Under the pieces are notes generated by a model. The model was not told where the DNA came from, made no database searches, and saw nothing but the letters and a program-made list of their open reading frames with translations. Below are positions 37,726 through 47,300 of a stretch of 55,809 nucleotides of DNA, in pieces (within the stretch, counting starts at the first letter, position 1; each line of letters starts with the position of its first letter). This DNA comes from a virus (Duplodnaviria; Caudoviricetes): positions 1-55,809 of the IMG/VR virus record IMGVR_UViG_3300003690_000041; one strand, given 5' to 3'. A program made the position numbers and the translations under genes.

Positions 37726-38159
37726 AACCGTTCTCCTAATGAGACCCACCCTTTACATGTGAACCATTTTACTCATGAGACCCGTCATTTTTATGTGAAC
37801 CATCTTACTTACCAACCCAACCTCAGGTGTGAACCATAGCCTTTATGTGAACCATATGCCTTATGAGACCCGTCATTTTTATGTGAACCATTTTACCTAT
37901 GTGAACCATAGCCTTTATGTGAACCATAAATCTCTTGAGACCCGTCACATAAATGTGAACCTTTTGCCCAACGTGAACCGAAGCTTGAATGAGTCCCAGA
38001 GCCAGCATGTGAACCGTCAAACAAGTGAGAACCAAAGTGTGTGTGTGCTTAACCGTTAAGCATTATGTGACCCAGAGGTATCATGTGAACCATACTCATC
38101 TTGATACCTATATTTATTATGTGAGCCAGTAACCGTTTGAGAACCAGTTATCGAATGCG
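37726..38159 (+). ncRNA. TIGR-like tandem interspaced guide-RNA array (24 spacers, mostly 9 nt; 18-nt period)
   Basis: Two repeat types, TGTGAACCR and TGAGACCCR, separated by variable 9-mers; ends in TGCG 33 nt before a Nop/IS110-fold gene. Confidence 0.85.
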
Positions 38160-38192
38160 TTTTCCCAGAACATGTTCTGAAAGGAGAAAGAC

Positions 38193-39032
38193 ATGCAAGA
38201 GAAAGAGATCAGGCTGATAATAGACAGCTTCTATTCCATCCAGCACCTGCGCATAGAAATAGGCAACAGAATGAAGATGCTGGTGCGAGACTACCCAGAA
38301 GAAGTAACGGAAGAAAAAGCAGGTGAGTTACACGAAATGATCAGTGGCAACCTGATTCGTACAGAAAAAGAGATAGAGAAAAGGGTGCGTGCTTTTATCA
38401 AACCACTACCCCTCTACCAACTGTGGCTCAAGCCACACGTAAAAGGGATAGCTGAATTGCTGGGTGGTGCCCTCATTGCTGCCATTGAAGACATCGGTAA
38501 ATTTGACACGGTGTCCAAGCTGTGGATATATTGTGGCATAGGGCTAAAGCCTGCCCTGGACAAAGAAGGTAACCCATTACTCGATGGGGATGGCAACATC
38601 CTATATGAGATACAGCGCAAGAAGAAAGGAGAAAAGATAAACTACTCCCCTTTCCTGAAAACCCTGTGCTGGAAGATAGGGGAATCATTCGTGAAGACAG
38701 GGACGCGTGGGTTCTACGGGGATATGTATAAGAAATACAAAGAAAGGGAGACAAGGAAACAAGCAAGAGCAGGTGTTCAGATCGTTGCTGAAGGGGATGC
38801 ACAAAAGCTCAGGAAGGAGGGGAAGAAAGCAATAGGTAAGGCACACATACATAACAGGGCCAGGAGAAAGGCTGTTAAACTGTTCCTGAGCCACCTATGG
38901 GAGGTATGGAGAGAGATAGAAGGGTTGCCCACGCGTGTCCCCTATGTGATAGAGCATCAGCCTGACACGGGAGTGACACATCATTACATTGATCCACCGG
39001 GGTGGCATCTGGAAAAAGATAAGGGAGACTAA
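38193..39032 (+). CDS. TasA-like RNA-guided protein (coiled coil plus Nop / IS110 C-terminal-like domain, no nuclease domain)
   Basis: VKGIAELLGGALIAAIEDIGKFDTVSKLWIYCG, YSPFLK, YGDMYKKYK, HIHNRARRKAVKLFLSHLWEVWR; no N-terminal DEDD/RuvC or HNH; adjacent to the array. Confidence 0.8.
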   Translation: MQEKEIRLIIDSFYSIQHLRIEIGNRMKMLVRDYPEEVTEEKAGELHEMISGNLIRTEKEIEKRVRAFIKPLPLYQLWLKPHVKGIAELLGGALIAAIEDIGKFDTVSKLWIYCGIGLKPALDKEGNPLLDGDGNILYEIQRKKKGEKINYSPFLKTLCWKIGESFVKTGTRGFYGDMYKKYKERETRKQARAGVQIVAEGDAQKLRKEGKKAIGKAHIHNRARRKAVKLFLSHLWEVWREIEGLPTRVPYVIEHQPDTGVTHHYIDPPGWHLEKDKGD

Positions 39033-39198
39033 AAATGGCAGGGACATAGGCAGAACTTCCTGCTAATGACAGCTTGAAGAAAATTCTGTCAGTTTTTATT
39101 CCGGTCTGTCACCAGTTGCATTTTTCTTAGAAAAATCTTGCGTTATACGTCCTCACTCAAACCCATTCGGTTTTATGCAATCAACCAAGGAGAGAGCA

Positions 39199-39462
39199 AT
39201 GGAAAACGTCATGAGCTACGATGAAGCGTTAGAGAAATATAGGAGAGGTGCTGGAACGATGATCACTGGTCCAAACGTCAGTCTGAAAGAATGGGCGCGT
39301 ATCGTGGACGTTAAATTGTCCTTTGCCTACGAGTTGTCCCGACACAACCGCATCGAGGGGATGTTCCGGGTGGGAAAGTTCATCCGGGTGAATTTGCCTG
39401 CTTTTTTTGCAGCAAAAGGCATTGAGCCATGGAATGACACAGCAGAGGAGCTTACCGAATGA
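39199..39462 (+). CDS. Excisionase-like (HTH_17/MerR-type) DNA-binding protein
   Basis: SLKEWARIVDVKLSFAYELSRHNRIEGMFRVGKFIRV. Confidence 0.7.
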   Translation: MENVMSYDEALEKYRRGAGTMITGPNVSLKEWARIVDVKLSFAYELSRHNRIEGMFRVGKFIRVNLPAFFAAKGIEPWNDTAEELTE

Positions 39463-39953
39463 AAGAATACATCATCACCTCAACAGAAGAGACGGAAGAT
39501 GTGAGCGTCACGGTGAAGAGGAAGGACGAAGACGGACACGCCGTCCTATATGATATGCCTCACATCATATACCATTCACCCACTGGGCTGGAGTATGGAT
39601 ACGGGGGGTCAGGACCAGCAGACCTCGCCCTGTCTATCCTGGCAGACTTCTTTGAAGAAGAGCCACCGCGTCGCACACACAGTAAGTTCTACGACTTCAA
39701 CCCTCGGTGGATAGAATGTCAGGTGTGCGAAGGGCGTGGCTCTACCAGAGCATCTGCGACTTCGACTACTGAGACCTGCTCTGACTGTGATGGAGAGGGA
39801 GGAAGGAGCAAGTCCTGGTATTGCTGGATCAACCACCAGGATTTCAAGTGGGACTTCATCGCAAAGATGGACAGAAATGAAGGGTTCGTCATCAAGGACA
39901 CCGATATCAAACAGTGGCTTTCTACGCGCGTGAGCGAGAAAACTGTTTCTTGA
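39459..39953 (+). CDS. DUF6166-like protein with an inserted DnaJ-type zinc finger
   Basis: HSPTGLEYGYGGSGPADLALSIL and HQDFKWDFIA flank CQVCEGRG..CSDCDGEG. Confidence 0.7.
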   Translation: MKEYIITSTEETEDVSVTVKRKDEDGHAVLYDMPHIIYHSPTGLEYGYGGSGPADLALSILADFFEEEPPRRTHSKFYDFNPRWIECQVCEGRGSTRASATSTTETCSDCDGEGGRSKSWYCWINHQDFKWDFIAKMDRNEGFVIKDTDIKQWLSTRVSEKTVS

Positions 39954-39978
39954 CAACGGGAAATGTATTTCGTATATT
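39950..39978 (+). promoter_or_regulatory. Sigma70-like promoter, probably giving a leaderless MTase mRNA
   Basis: TTGACA-17-TATATT; ATG begins 6 nt after the -10. Confidence 0.6.
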
Positions 39979-39983
39979 GGGGT

Positions 39984-40508
39984 ATGCAGAAATACCAGAT
40001 CATATATGCTGATCCCCCGTGGTCAGTAGGTGCGACCAATCAGAATCCCAGTGGTCGCCGTCACGTATCACCCTACCTTGCGATGCGACAATGTGACATC
40101 TTTGATCTGGATGTAGTTTCGCTTTCGCACACGGACTGTTGCCTGTTCCTATGGGCGACAGCCCCCCTCCTTCCTGAAGCGATCTATGCCCTCAAAGCCT
40201 GGGGCTTTGAATACAAGACCGTTGCCTTTACGTGGGTGAAGAAGAACAAGAAAGCATCCTCTTGGTTTTGGGGTATGGGATCGTGGACCCGGAGTAATCC
40301 TGAATACTGTTTACTTGGTATGAAGGGTTCGCCTAAAAGAGTATCCAGAAAAATTCATTCCGTAATAGACACACCCATCGAAGCTCATAGCAAGAAGCCA
40401 GATAGTGTGCGTGATAAAATCGTTGAATTATGTGGTGATGTGCCACGCATAGAGCTTTTTGCGCGAGAAAAAATTTCAGGGTGGAATTCATGGGGAAACG
40501 AGGTATGA
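39984..40508 (+). CDS. MT-A70-family adenine methyltransferase
   Basis: IIYADPPW, LFLWAT, AWGFEYKT..FTWVK, GMGSWTRSNPE, HSKKPD, RIELFAR. Confidence 0.92.
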   Translation: MQKYQIIYADPPWSVGATNQNPSGRRHVSPYLAMRQCDIFDLDVVSLSHTDCCLFLWATAPLLPEAIYALKAWGFEYKTVAFTWVKKNKKASSWFWGMGSWTRSNPEYCLLGMKGSPKRVSRKIHSVIDTPIEAHSKKPDSVRDKIVELCGDVPRIELFAREKISGWNSWGNEV

Positions 40509-40618
40509 CCTATCCACCACCGGGAGGAGTCTCCTGATTCGCCCTTGGGGTGTGCTCCCGGTGCGTGTTGACATGTCGCACCCCAAGGGTTTAATCTCAG
40601 AACATGTTCTGAAAGGAG

Positions 40619-40855
40619 GTGAAGACGTTGGGCAAAATCAGAGATGCACGCCAGTCCAAAGGGTTGACCACCCATCAAGTAGCAGAATATATCAGTTCAA
40701 CAGATCGAGTGGTTAATATGTGGGAAGCAAAAGACACCGTGCCTTTTCTGCGTCCTGCCCTCTTGCTGTCCAAGTTGTACGGCATCCCCGTCAAAGAGAT
40801 GTGCGCGTGGGAAGATGGGGACAACAGCCTCAAGGTGCCACGCTGTCAAAGCTAA
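40619..40855 (+). CDS. Cro-like XRE HTH protein
   Basis: IRDARQSKGLTTHQVAE...WE...LSKLYGI; AAGGAGG RBS; TTGACA promoter at 40568. Confidence 0.75.
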   Translation: MKTLGKIRDARQSKGLTTHQVAEYISSTDRVVNMWEAKDTVPFLRPALLLSKLYGIPVKEMCAWEDGDNSLKVPRCQS

Positions 40856-40856
40856 T

Positions 40857-40917
40857 GGGAAGGGCGCGTAGAAGTGGGGAAAGCAACAGGGAGTGCGCGT
40901 CCTTCCCTTTTCTATTT
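40857..40917 (+). terminator. Putative terminator
   Basis: GGGAAGGGCGCGTA...TGCGCGTCCTTCCC followed by TTTT. Confidence 0.55.
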
Positions 40918-40949
40918 TTGTGTTAACATGGATATAAGGAGAAATAAGA

Positions 40950-41786
40950 ATGATCCGTGGTAAAGAACCCACCAACGAATTTGTCAACCATCCCGAAGGA
41001 CGCTTCTCTGGTATCGTGTATGCGTGGAAGTTCATGGGAGATAAGACAGACCAGTGGGGAAATGAAAAGAAACGGGCTATGCTCAGAATTGAATCGTCTG
41101 ACTGTATCATTGGTGAGTCGGACACAGAGAATGAAGAGCTACTCGGCCTACCCTTTACTGCTGCTATCTTCCACAGTATTTCTTTCGGTAATCATACGAG
41201 CAGAAAAGGCACCTATGTGCCGATGATGCAAAAGATTCGGGAGGTTATCACAGACCACACCCTCACCGATGACGAGTGGTATAACTTTGACCCGTGGGAA
41301 CTGATGGATGTGCGTGTGCGCTACCGTGTAACACACACGCCAAAAGATGACGGCAATGGGGTATGGGTCAACTGTGAGATCCTTGAAAGGCAGGATGACC
41401 AGACGATAGGAGACCGTGTAAACGAGATAGATATCAAGGAACCCCCAGAGGAGGAAGCGCCAGAGTCACAGAGAAGCGGTTCGGCTCCATCCAAACCAAA
41501 GGACAGGGGCAGAAAACCGCCCCTTCCTGGGACTATGAAGCCCTCTATAGACCAAAGGAAGATTGATTACGCCAAAGAAGTGGTCCGTCTGTGCGTGGAC
41601 AATAACTTGTACACGGAAGAGAACGCTACGGATATCAACGGATGGCTGGACGAACACGACTTATCTGTCCGTGAATTCGAAGACTGGTATGGCCCAGCAG
41701 AAGCCATGATGAAGGAAAAAGGCATCGCATTACCCACGGCAGAGGTCCATCCTCTGTCCCAATCATACGACGACCTACCTTTCTGA
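40950..41786 (+). CDS. Putative single-stranded DNA-binding protein
   Basis: Beta-rich N-terminus and acidic tail ending DDLPF; in the replication module. Confidence 0.6.
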   Translation: MIRGKEPTNEFVNHPEGRFSGIVYAWKFMGDKTDQWGNEKKRAMLRIESSDCIIGESDTENEELLGLPFTAAIFHSISFGNHTSRKGTYVPMMQKIREVITDHTLTDDEWYNFDPWELMDVRVRYRVTHTPKDDGNGVWVNCEILERQDDQTIGDRVNEIDIKEPPEEEAPESQRSGSAPSKPKDRGRKPPLPGTMKPSIDQRKIDYAKEVVRLCVDNNLYTEENATDINGWLDEHDLSVREFEDWYGPAEAMMKEKGIALPTAEVHPLSQSYDDLPF

Positions 41787-41823
41787 ATGACCAAATCAGC
41801 TTTAAACTGGACAGGAGAACAGC

Positions 41824-42390
41824 GTGAATCAACCAGCGGTGCAAAGCGTGGACTCGGTACAGACGATGTATGAACGGGCGTTGGATCACATAGTAGGGAT
41901 ACAAGCAAACAGGATAGCTCTGGGTCTTGATCTGATCAAGATAGAAGAGGCAAGGGCGTGGGGTGATCTGGGCTTTGGCTCCTTCGCACAATTATGCGCA
42001 GCCCCCATTCCCTCCGGGGGACTGGGACTCCAAAGCAGGGTTCGTCAGACCACTATGCAGGTCGCTCGCGTCTTTGTCCTCGATATGAAGCAGCGTCCAG
42101 CAGACCTTGTGCACATCTCTTTCTCCAACCTACAGCTACTGGTCCCCTTCGTAACAGTGGATAATATCAAAGACATACTGTCCGATGCCCTCGCTCTGTC
42201 TGCTAACGATGTGCGGGAGAACAGGGACAAGGGCAAATATGGGGGAAAAGAAGAACCTATGGATGCAAAGACCAAGCCATCGGGGGCCAAGCGTGACCTA
42301 ACAATGGAATGTCCTGTGTGTAAGGAGAGAATACATATGACTATCCACGGAATACAGGGTAATGCTGTCATTGATGTGGAGGCCTTCTGA
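41824..42390 (+). CDS. Hypothetical protein
   Basis: AGGAG RBS; WGDLGFGSFAQLC and a C-terminal CPVC. Confidence 0.7.
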   Translation: MNQPAVQSVDSVQTMYERALDHIVGIQANRIALGLDLIKIEEARAWGDLGFGSFAQLCAAPIPSGGLGLQSRVRQTTMQVARVFVLDMKQRPADLVHISFSNLQLLVPFVTVDNIKDILSDALALSANDVRENRDKGKYGGKEEPMDAKTKPSGAKRDLTMECPVCKERIHMTIHGIQGNAVIDVEAF

Positions 42391-42803
42391 TGGCTGGTCG
42401 TTCTGCAAAAAGAAAAGGCACCAGAGTTGAGAGAGATTTTGTCAACAAGGCAAAATCACAGGGGCTTGATAGCCATCGAGTCCCCGGCTCTGGTGCCTTT
42501 ATAGGCTTGCCTGGAGACATATATATCGAAGGGCAAAGGTGTGAGTGCAAGGCAAGGAAGAACGGCTTTGCTATGATGGAGAGGTGGCTCAAGGGCAACG
42601 ATGTCCTACTGCTCAAGCCTGACTTCAAGCCAGAGATGGTGGTGATGTGGTGGGACGATTGGATACAGATGCTCAAGGAGTTGAAAGAGTATCGTGAGTT
42701 TCTATTAGGTCCAATTTCTGCGGTCTCCACAAAAGAGGAGGCTGAAGAAATCAAAGATTTGGAAGGAGGTTTTGATGGACAAGATCCTACCGAACAACAT
42801 TGA
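42390..42803 (+). CDS. Holliday junction resolvase-like PD-(D/E)XK nuclease
   Basis: KRKGTRVERD, RVPGSGA, GDI, CECKARK. Confidence 0.8.
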   Translation: MAGRSAKRKGTRVERDFVNKAKSQGLDSHRVPGSGAFIGLPGDIYIEGQRCECKARKNGFAMMERWLKGNDVLLLKPDFKPEMVVMWWDDWIQMLKELKEYREFLLGPISAVSTKEEAEEIKDLEGGFDGQDPTEQH

Positions 42804-44055
42804 AGTAGAGCGTGCTGTTCTAGGAGCCTGTCTGATCGGAGGGACACAGACTGTCAAAGAAGTGAACGCCCGCCTGGGAGGGGGCGTTGCTTTTTATAAC
42901 ACACACCATAAACTCATCTTCCGTGCTCTCAACGAATGCGCAGAAGAAGGGATACCCATAGACATCCTCAGCATAACAAACAAGCTGTCGTCTATCGGTC
43001 AACTGGAAGAAGTGGGCGATGTAGTATATATCACAGGCTTGTCGTCAGAGATAGCCACCACATCATTTACCGACTACCACTGTGATATGCTCGTAGAAGA
43101 TTACAACAGACGCAGGTTCATCATGAACCAAGAGAGCCTTATTTACAAAGCATACGAAAAGATGGAAGGAGTGGAAGACCTATATGCGCAAGGCCGTATG
43201 GAAATTGACCTTGATGTTAGGGATCATGCTGACACGATGTCTTCTGTCGTGTCTCAAGTCGCTGATGAAGCTGAACTCGCTTTCGAAAATCCCGATTCAT
43301 ACAGAGGAATCCCTACAGGCATACCGTACCTGGACTTACTTCTCGACGGGTGGCAAAAAGAAGAGCTTATCGTTGTCGCATCGAGACCTTCAGTAGGAAA
43401 GACGGCGCTGGCTCTATGGTCTGCCAGACACGCCAAAGGACCCGTGTATTTTGTCTCTGTGGAAATGTCCAAACGTATGGTAGGACTTCGCCTACTGGCA
43501 GCAGAGGTACGTGTACCATCCAACCTACTACGTGCAGGACAATTTTCTGGCGATGAATTCATGCGCATCAAAGATGGCAGGGAAAGGCTACAGGCCCTAC
43601 AGATATATATTGACGACAGGATACGATCCCCTGACCTCATCGTCAAAGAGGCAGCGAAAATGGCCCGTGACTATAACATACGGGCCATTTTTGTCGACTA
43701 CTTACAACTGCTGGAGTCGCCACAGTTGGCGAAGGGGTCCACCAGAGAGAGGGAGGTCGCTGCTATCTCTTCGGCTATGAAACATATGGCTAAGGACCTC
43801 GGTATCCCCACCATCCTACTCTGCCAGCTAAACAGACAGGTAGAGTATTCAAATAGGAGACCGCAGAAATCGGACCTACGTGACAGCGGGTCCATAGAAC
43901 AGGACGCTGATGTAATTATCTTCTTGCATCCGGTGACAGACACCGATATTGTTGAGTTGATAGTGGACAAGAACAGGAATGGACCTACGGGGTTGCAGAG
44001 GGTGCGGTATGTGAAGGAGACAGGTGCCTTCCTTGAACTTACAGCATCATATTAG
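42772..44055 (+). CDS. dnaB: Replicative DNA helicase
   Basis: PNNIEVERAVLG, ASRPSVGKT, SVEM, VDYLQL, QLNR, SDLRDSGSIEQDAD, KNRNGPTG. Confidence 0.96.
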   Translation: MMDKILPNNIEVERAVLGACLIGGTQTVKEVNARLGGGVAFYNTHHKLIFRALNECAEEGIPIDILSITNKLSSIGQLEEVGDVVYITGLSSEIATTSFTDYHCDMLVEDYNRRRFIMNQESLIYKAYEKMEGVEDLYAQGRMEIDLDVRDHADTMSSVVSQVADEAELAFENPDSYRGIPTGIPYLDLLLDGWQKEELIVVASRPSVGKTALALWSARHAKGPVYFVSVEMSKRMVGLRLLAAEVRVPSNLLRAGQFSGDEFMRIKDGRERLQALQIYIDDRIRSPDLIVKEAAKMARDYNIRAIFVDYLQLLESPQLAKGSTREREVAAISSAMKHMAKDLGIPTILLCQLNRQVEYSNRRPQKSDLRDSGSIEQDADVIIFLHPVTDTDIVELIVDKNRNGPTGLQRVRYVKETGAFLELTASY

Positions 44056-44064
44056 GAGACTGAC

Positions 44065-44268
44065 ATGGCATTCAAAGATATGATATTCAAGACATGGCTC
44101 AAGAGGCCATGCACTCGGTGCGAGACAAAAGAGCACCTGGAAGGGGTGTGCTGGCGACACACCAAACTGTATTACATTAGGACAGGGGAGAAATTGAAGA
44201 CCAACTTTGCCAGACATCCTCTCCTGTGTAAAGAATGCTTAAGCCATGTATTATCACTGGCCCATTGA
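44065..44268 (+). CDS. Small Cys-rich hypothetical protein
   Basis: AGGAG RBS; CTRC...CKEC. Confidence 0.55.
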   Translation: MAFKDMIFKTWLKRPCTRCETKEHLEGVCWRHTKLYYIRTGEKLKTNFARHPLLCKECLSHVLSLAH

Positions 44269-44313
44269 AAGAAGTCAGAACATGTTCTGGAGATAAGAAG
44301 AGGGGAAGAGAAA

Positions 44314-47300
44314 TTAAATATTATATCCAAGCTCGCGGTATTTCTGACGAATCCTTTGAATCTTATCGCGATACCTGTACACCTTGCTTCTCTCCGCCTC
44401 CTCAACATCCACCTGTATAGCCTTGATACCAAAGACCTCACCCAGAATCTGAGAAGCACCCTGTCCCTTACGCGCCTTATCCGCAAACCTATGCATCTTA
44501 CCCAGAGGGGGAAACAATGTCTCCATAGCGTGCTGCGCCTTGCGAGACACTTTTATATCTGTCCCACCGACACCCGTTTCCATGGGCTGTCCTGCAAACT
44601 TCTCTATCGGTCGGTCAAGGAAGATAGAGTAGCCCCTACCCCCTTCACCCATAGCCCACTCAAAGGGCAGCTTCACAAAAGGAGAGAGGCTCGACAGGGC
44701 ATCCTGCCAGTTCATTCTGTTCAGGTCCTGAAAAGGATAGTTCGGGTTGATAAACACTGGCTGGAGGCCTGTCGGGACAGACTGTGCCCCCGTCACCTTA
44801 GCCATCACGTCGTCAAAGGTCTGGTTCATCGTCTGCACGAAGTCAGCGACCTCTTTAGGTGCTCGCACCGCGTGTAACTCCTGGAAGTAATCCGGTGTAG
44901 GCACATCCCTCCAGTCTTCCGATAAACTCTCTATAGCGTCAATAGGCTTACCCGTCATAGCAGCGTACCTGCCGGGGTTCTCAAAGATAGCCTGAAACTG
45001 GAGGGGTATGTTCTTGCGCATCCACGTATAGAAAGGAACAAACGCTTTCATAATCTCACGCTCAAACTGCGTAAGCTCACCATAGTCAAACAGGTATTTC
45101 TTCACACTCAACGCTGCCTCTTCCGCGCTCATCCCGTCACCAATCTTCTGTATCCAATGGGCCAGCCGTGCATGACTCTCCACCTTCTCGCCTATCCGTC
45201 TGTTGAACTGTAAGACAGGGTTGTTCACGCCAAAGGCCTTGTTGAGCAGACCAAGGGCGTCCCTCTCTCTCGCTGTCTCCGACACCCCCTTGAGCAACTC
45301 CCTGCGTGTGGTGTCTTTGCCTTCAACAGAACGGATCACCCTGTCCAGGGTGTCCCCCTTGGCATTGCTCACATCAGCGAGGTATTTGTCAAAGCCACTC
45401 TTCCCTCCCTTTTTCCACAGGTTGCCAAATACCTCTGCCTCTACTTGCTCAGGGATGTCAGAGGTGAACAGACCACGCTCTACCACCTTGAACCTACGGG
45501 CAGCACGGATGATGTCCTGGCCCTTCAATACCTCGTCACCGACCTTGAGGCTGATATTGTCTCCCTTGCCAAAGACAAGGGCAAGGGCTTTGGCGTAAGG
45601 GGCAGGATTGGGGACCATCAAGCCACCCACCTTCTTGAACCCTACGCCAGCCAGCATATTATTGAAGATATTGGACTGCATATTCCTGGCGTGATATCCA
45701 GGAGAGGCCAATGCCCACCCTTTCCACGGCATCTGCATCGTGCGCATCATATTGAAGAACTGCTTGGTCTCGTCGTGCCTGTTGGACATGATATTGTCAG
45801 CGAGATTCAATTCATCAATGAACTGACGGGGCAACACATATGCGGGATTGACGTTGAAGGGGTTGACAGCCTCGCTCTTGCTGAACTTCACGACATCATC
45901 GACTCCCTGCTTGATAGCCTCTATCCCGTCATCCGTGGTCTTGGACACCGTATATACGATGCCCTCGTCATCCATAAACCGTGTCCCCTTCTTCAGCTTT
46001 GCCACACTGGTCATATCAGTCACCTCACCCATCGTCCCACGGAACGGCCTCCACGCACTATACCCTATCTCTCCCAATGAATTACGAAACGACTCCGCCT
46101 GCTCAAATAACTGACGCCCCGTGTCATCTCCAAATTCAGACATCAACTCATCCAAGGACTTACCACTGCCACCCTTCTTCATCGTTTCCAACAACTGGGG
46201 ATCTACGATCTTGTAAGATACGCTGGGATCAGACAATACCGAGTCAATAAACCGCTGTGTCGCCCGCGCACGCACAGACTCCAGACCACGGAGGGCAAAC
46301 TGTGCGCCGGGGTCCAACTCCGTGCCAATAGAAGCGACCACCCGATGCTCCAGGGTATTCAGTTTCTTCGCCTTCGTAAAGATAGGCGCTGCCTGTCCCA
46401 GCTTGGCTGCTTCCTGTGCTACACTGTCGGAGAACTCAAACAACTGGTCCTCTTCAGGCAGTCCCAACTTAGCCATCAGGCTCTTATGCTTGCGTACAGA
46501 AGTTGCACCCCCATACCGTCCAGGTGCATAATCTGCACGTAGGATACCCTCGTCAAATATACCCCCCTGCAATTCCTTGTCTGCCAGATCCTTGTATGCC
46601 CCCCTGAAAGCCTGAAACTTACCCTGTAGGTGTTCCATCAAACGGGGGTCTCCCGCTGTCACATCACGCAAGATAGCCTCAAAATGATCAGGGGTCTTGT
46701 CCAGATACAGGCCCAGGAACTTGGACTCCGTAGGCGACAGATTGGACCTCAATTGGACGGCAAGGTCTCGGATCTCTACGGCACCCTCTGCCACGGCACC
46801 CTCTCTCTCGCTCAGGCCACCCAGGAATTTGTCCACAGACTCTTGCATACGTGGGTGCTTGCGTGCCAGTTCCTGCAATTCGAAATGGGGCACCAGTTTC
46901 CTACCTAGAGCACCTCTCACTCCTTTGATCCCAGGAAGATCCACGAAGGGCATCGCCAGGGACTTAATACCGCCCCCTGCGAGGCGAAGTCCTGCTCCAC
47001 CCAACCATGTGGTAGGGTCTAAAACAACGTCTAAGACGAAGCCTGCTGCTGCTGTGGCGTATTCGTTGTGTCGACCATCCTCAAAAGGGGCGAATTCAGC
47101 CCTCTCCAGCACATCACGGAAGGAAGCACGCGTAGGGTCGACACCCGTAAGCGCCAGAGCATCCGCCTCATCAACAAAGGGAAGCGCATTCAAGAACTCA
47201 GCACTCGCCCGCTTCAGCGCCTCTTTGCCATTACCCGTCCTCTGTAACTCCAAGGCAGCACCCGCTGTGGTGAACTGACCAATCTGTAGAAGGTCGAACA

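Larger units (their letters stand above)
13295..44289. promoter_or_regulatory. Dispersed 14-bp palindrome CAGAACATGTTCTG (operator-like); the span covers first to last copy
   Basis: Perfect at 13295, 25264, 26311, 28691, 29255, 32451, 38166, 40598, 44276; one mismatch at 29430, 31213, 34686. Confidence 0.85.

Noticed and set aside
37823-38059. ORFs 37829-38059 (+) and 37823-38035 (-) as repeat proteins
   Set aside because: By-products of the 18-nt period; no RBS, and the array extends beyond them with register slips.
37726-38159. CRISPR array
   Set aside because: Repeats and spacers are only about 9 nt, there are two repeat types, and no cas genes are present.
38193-39032. Active IS110 transposase / insertion sequence
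   Set aside because: No N-terminal DEDD RuvC-like domain and no obvious catalytic-serine motif; the flanking array fits a Tas-like protein better.
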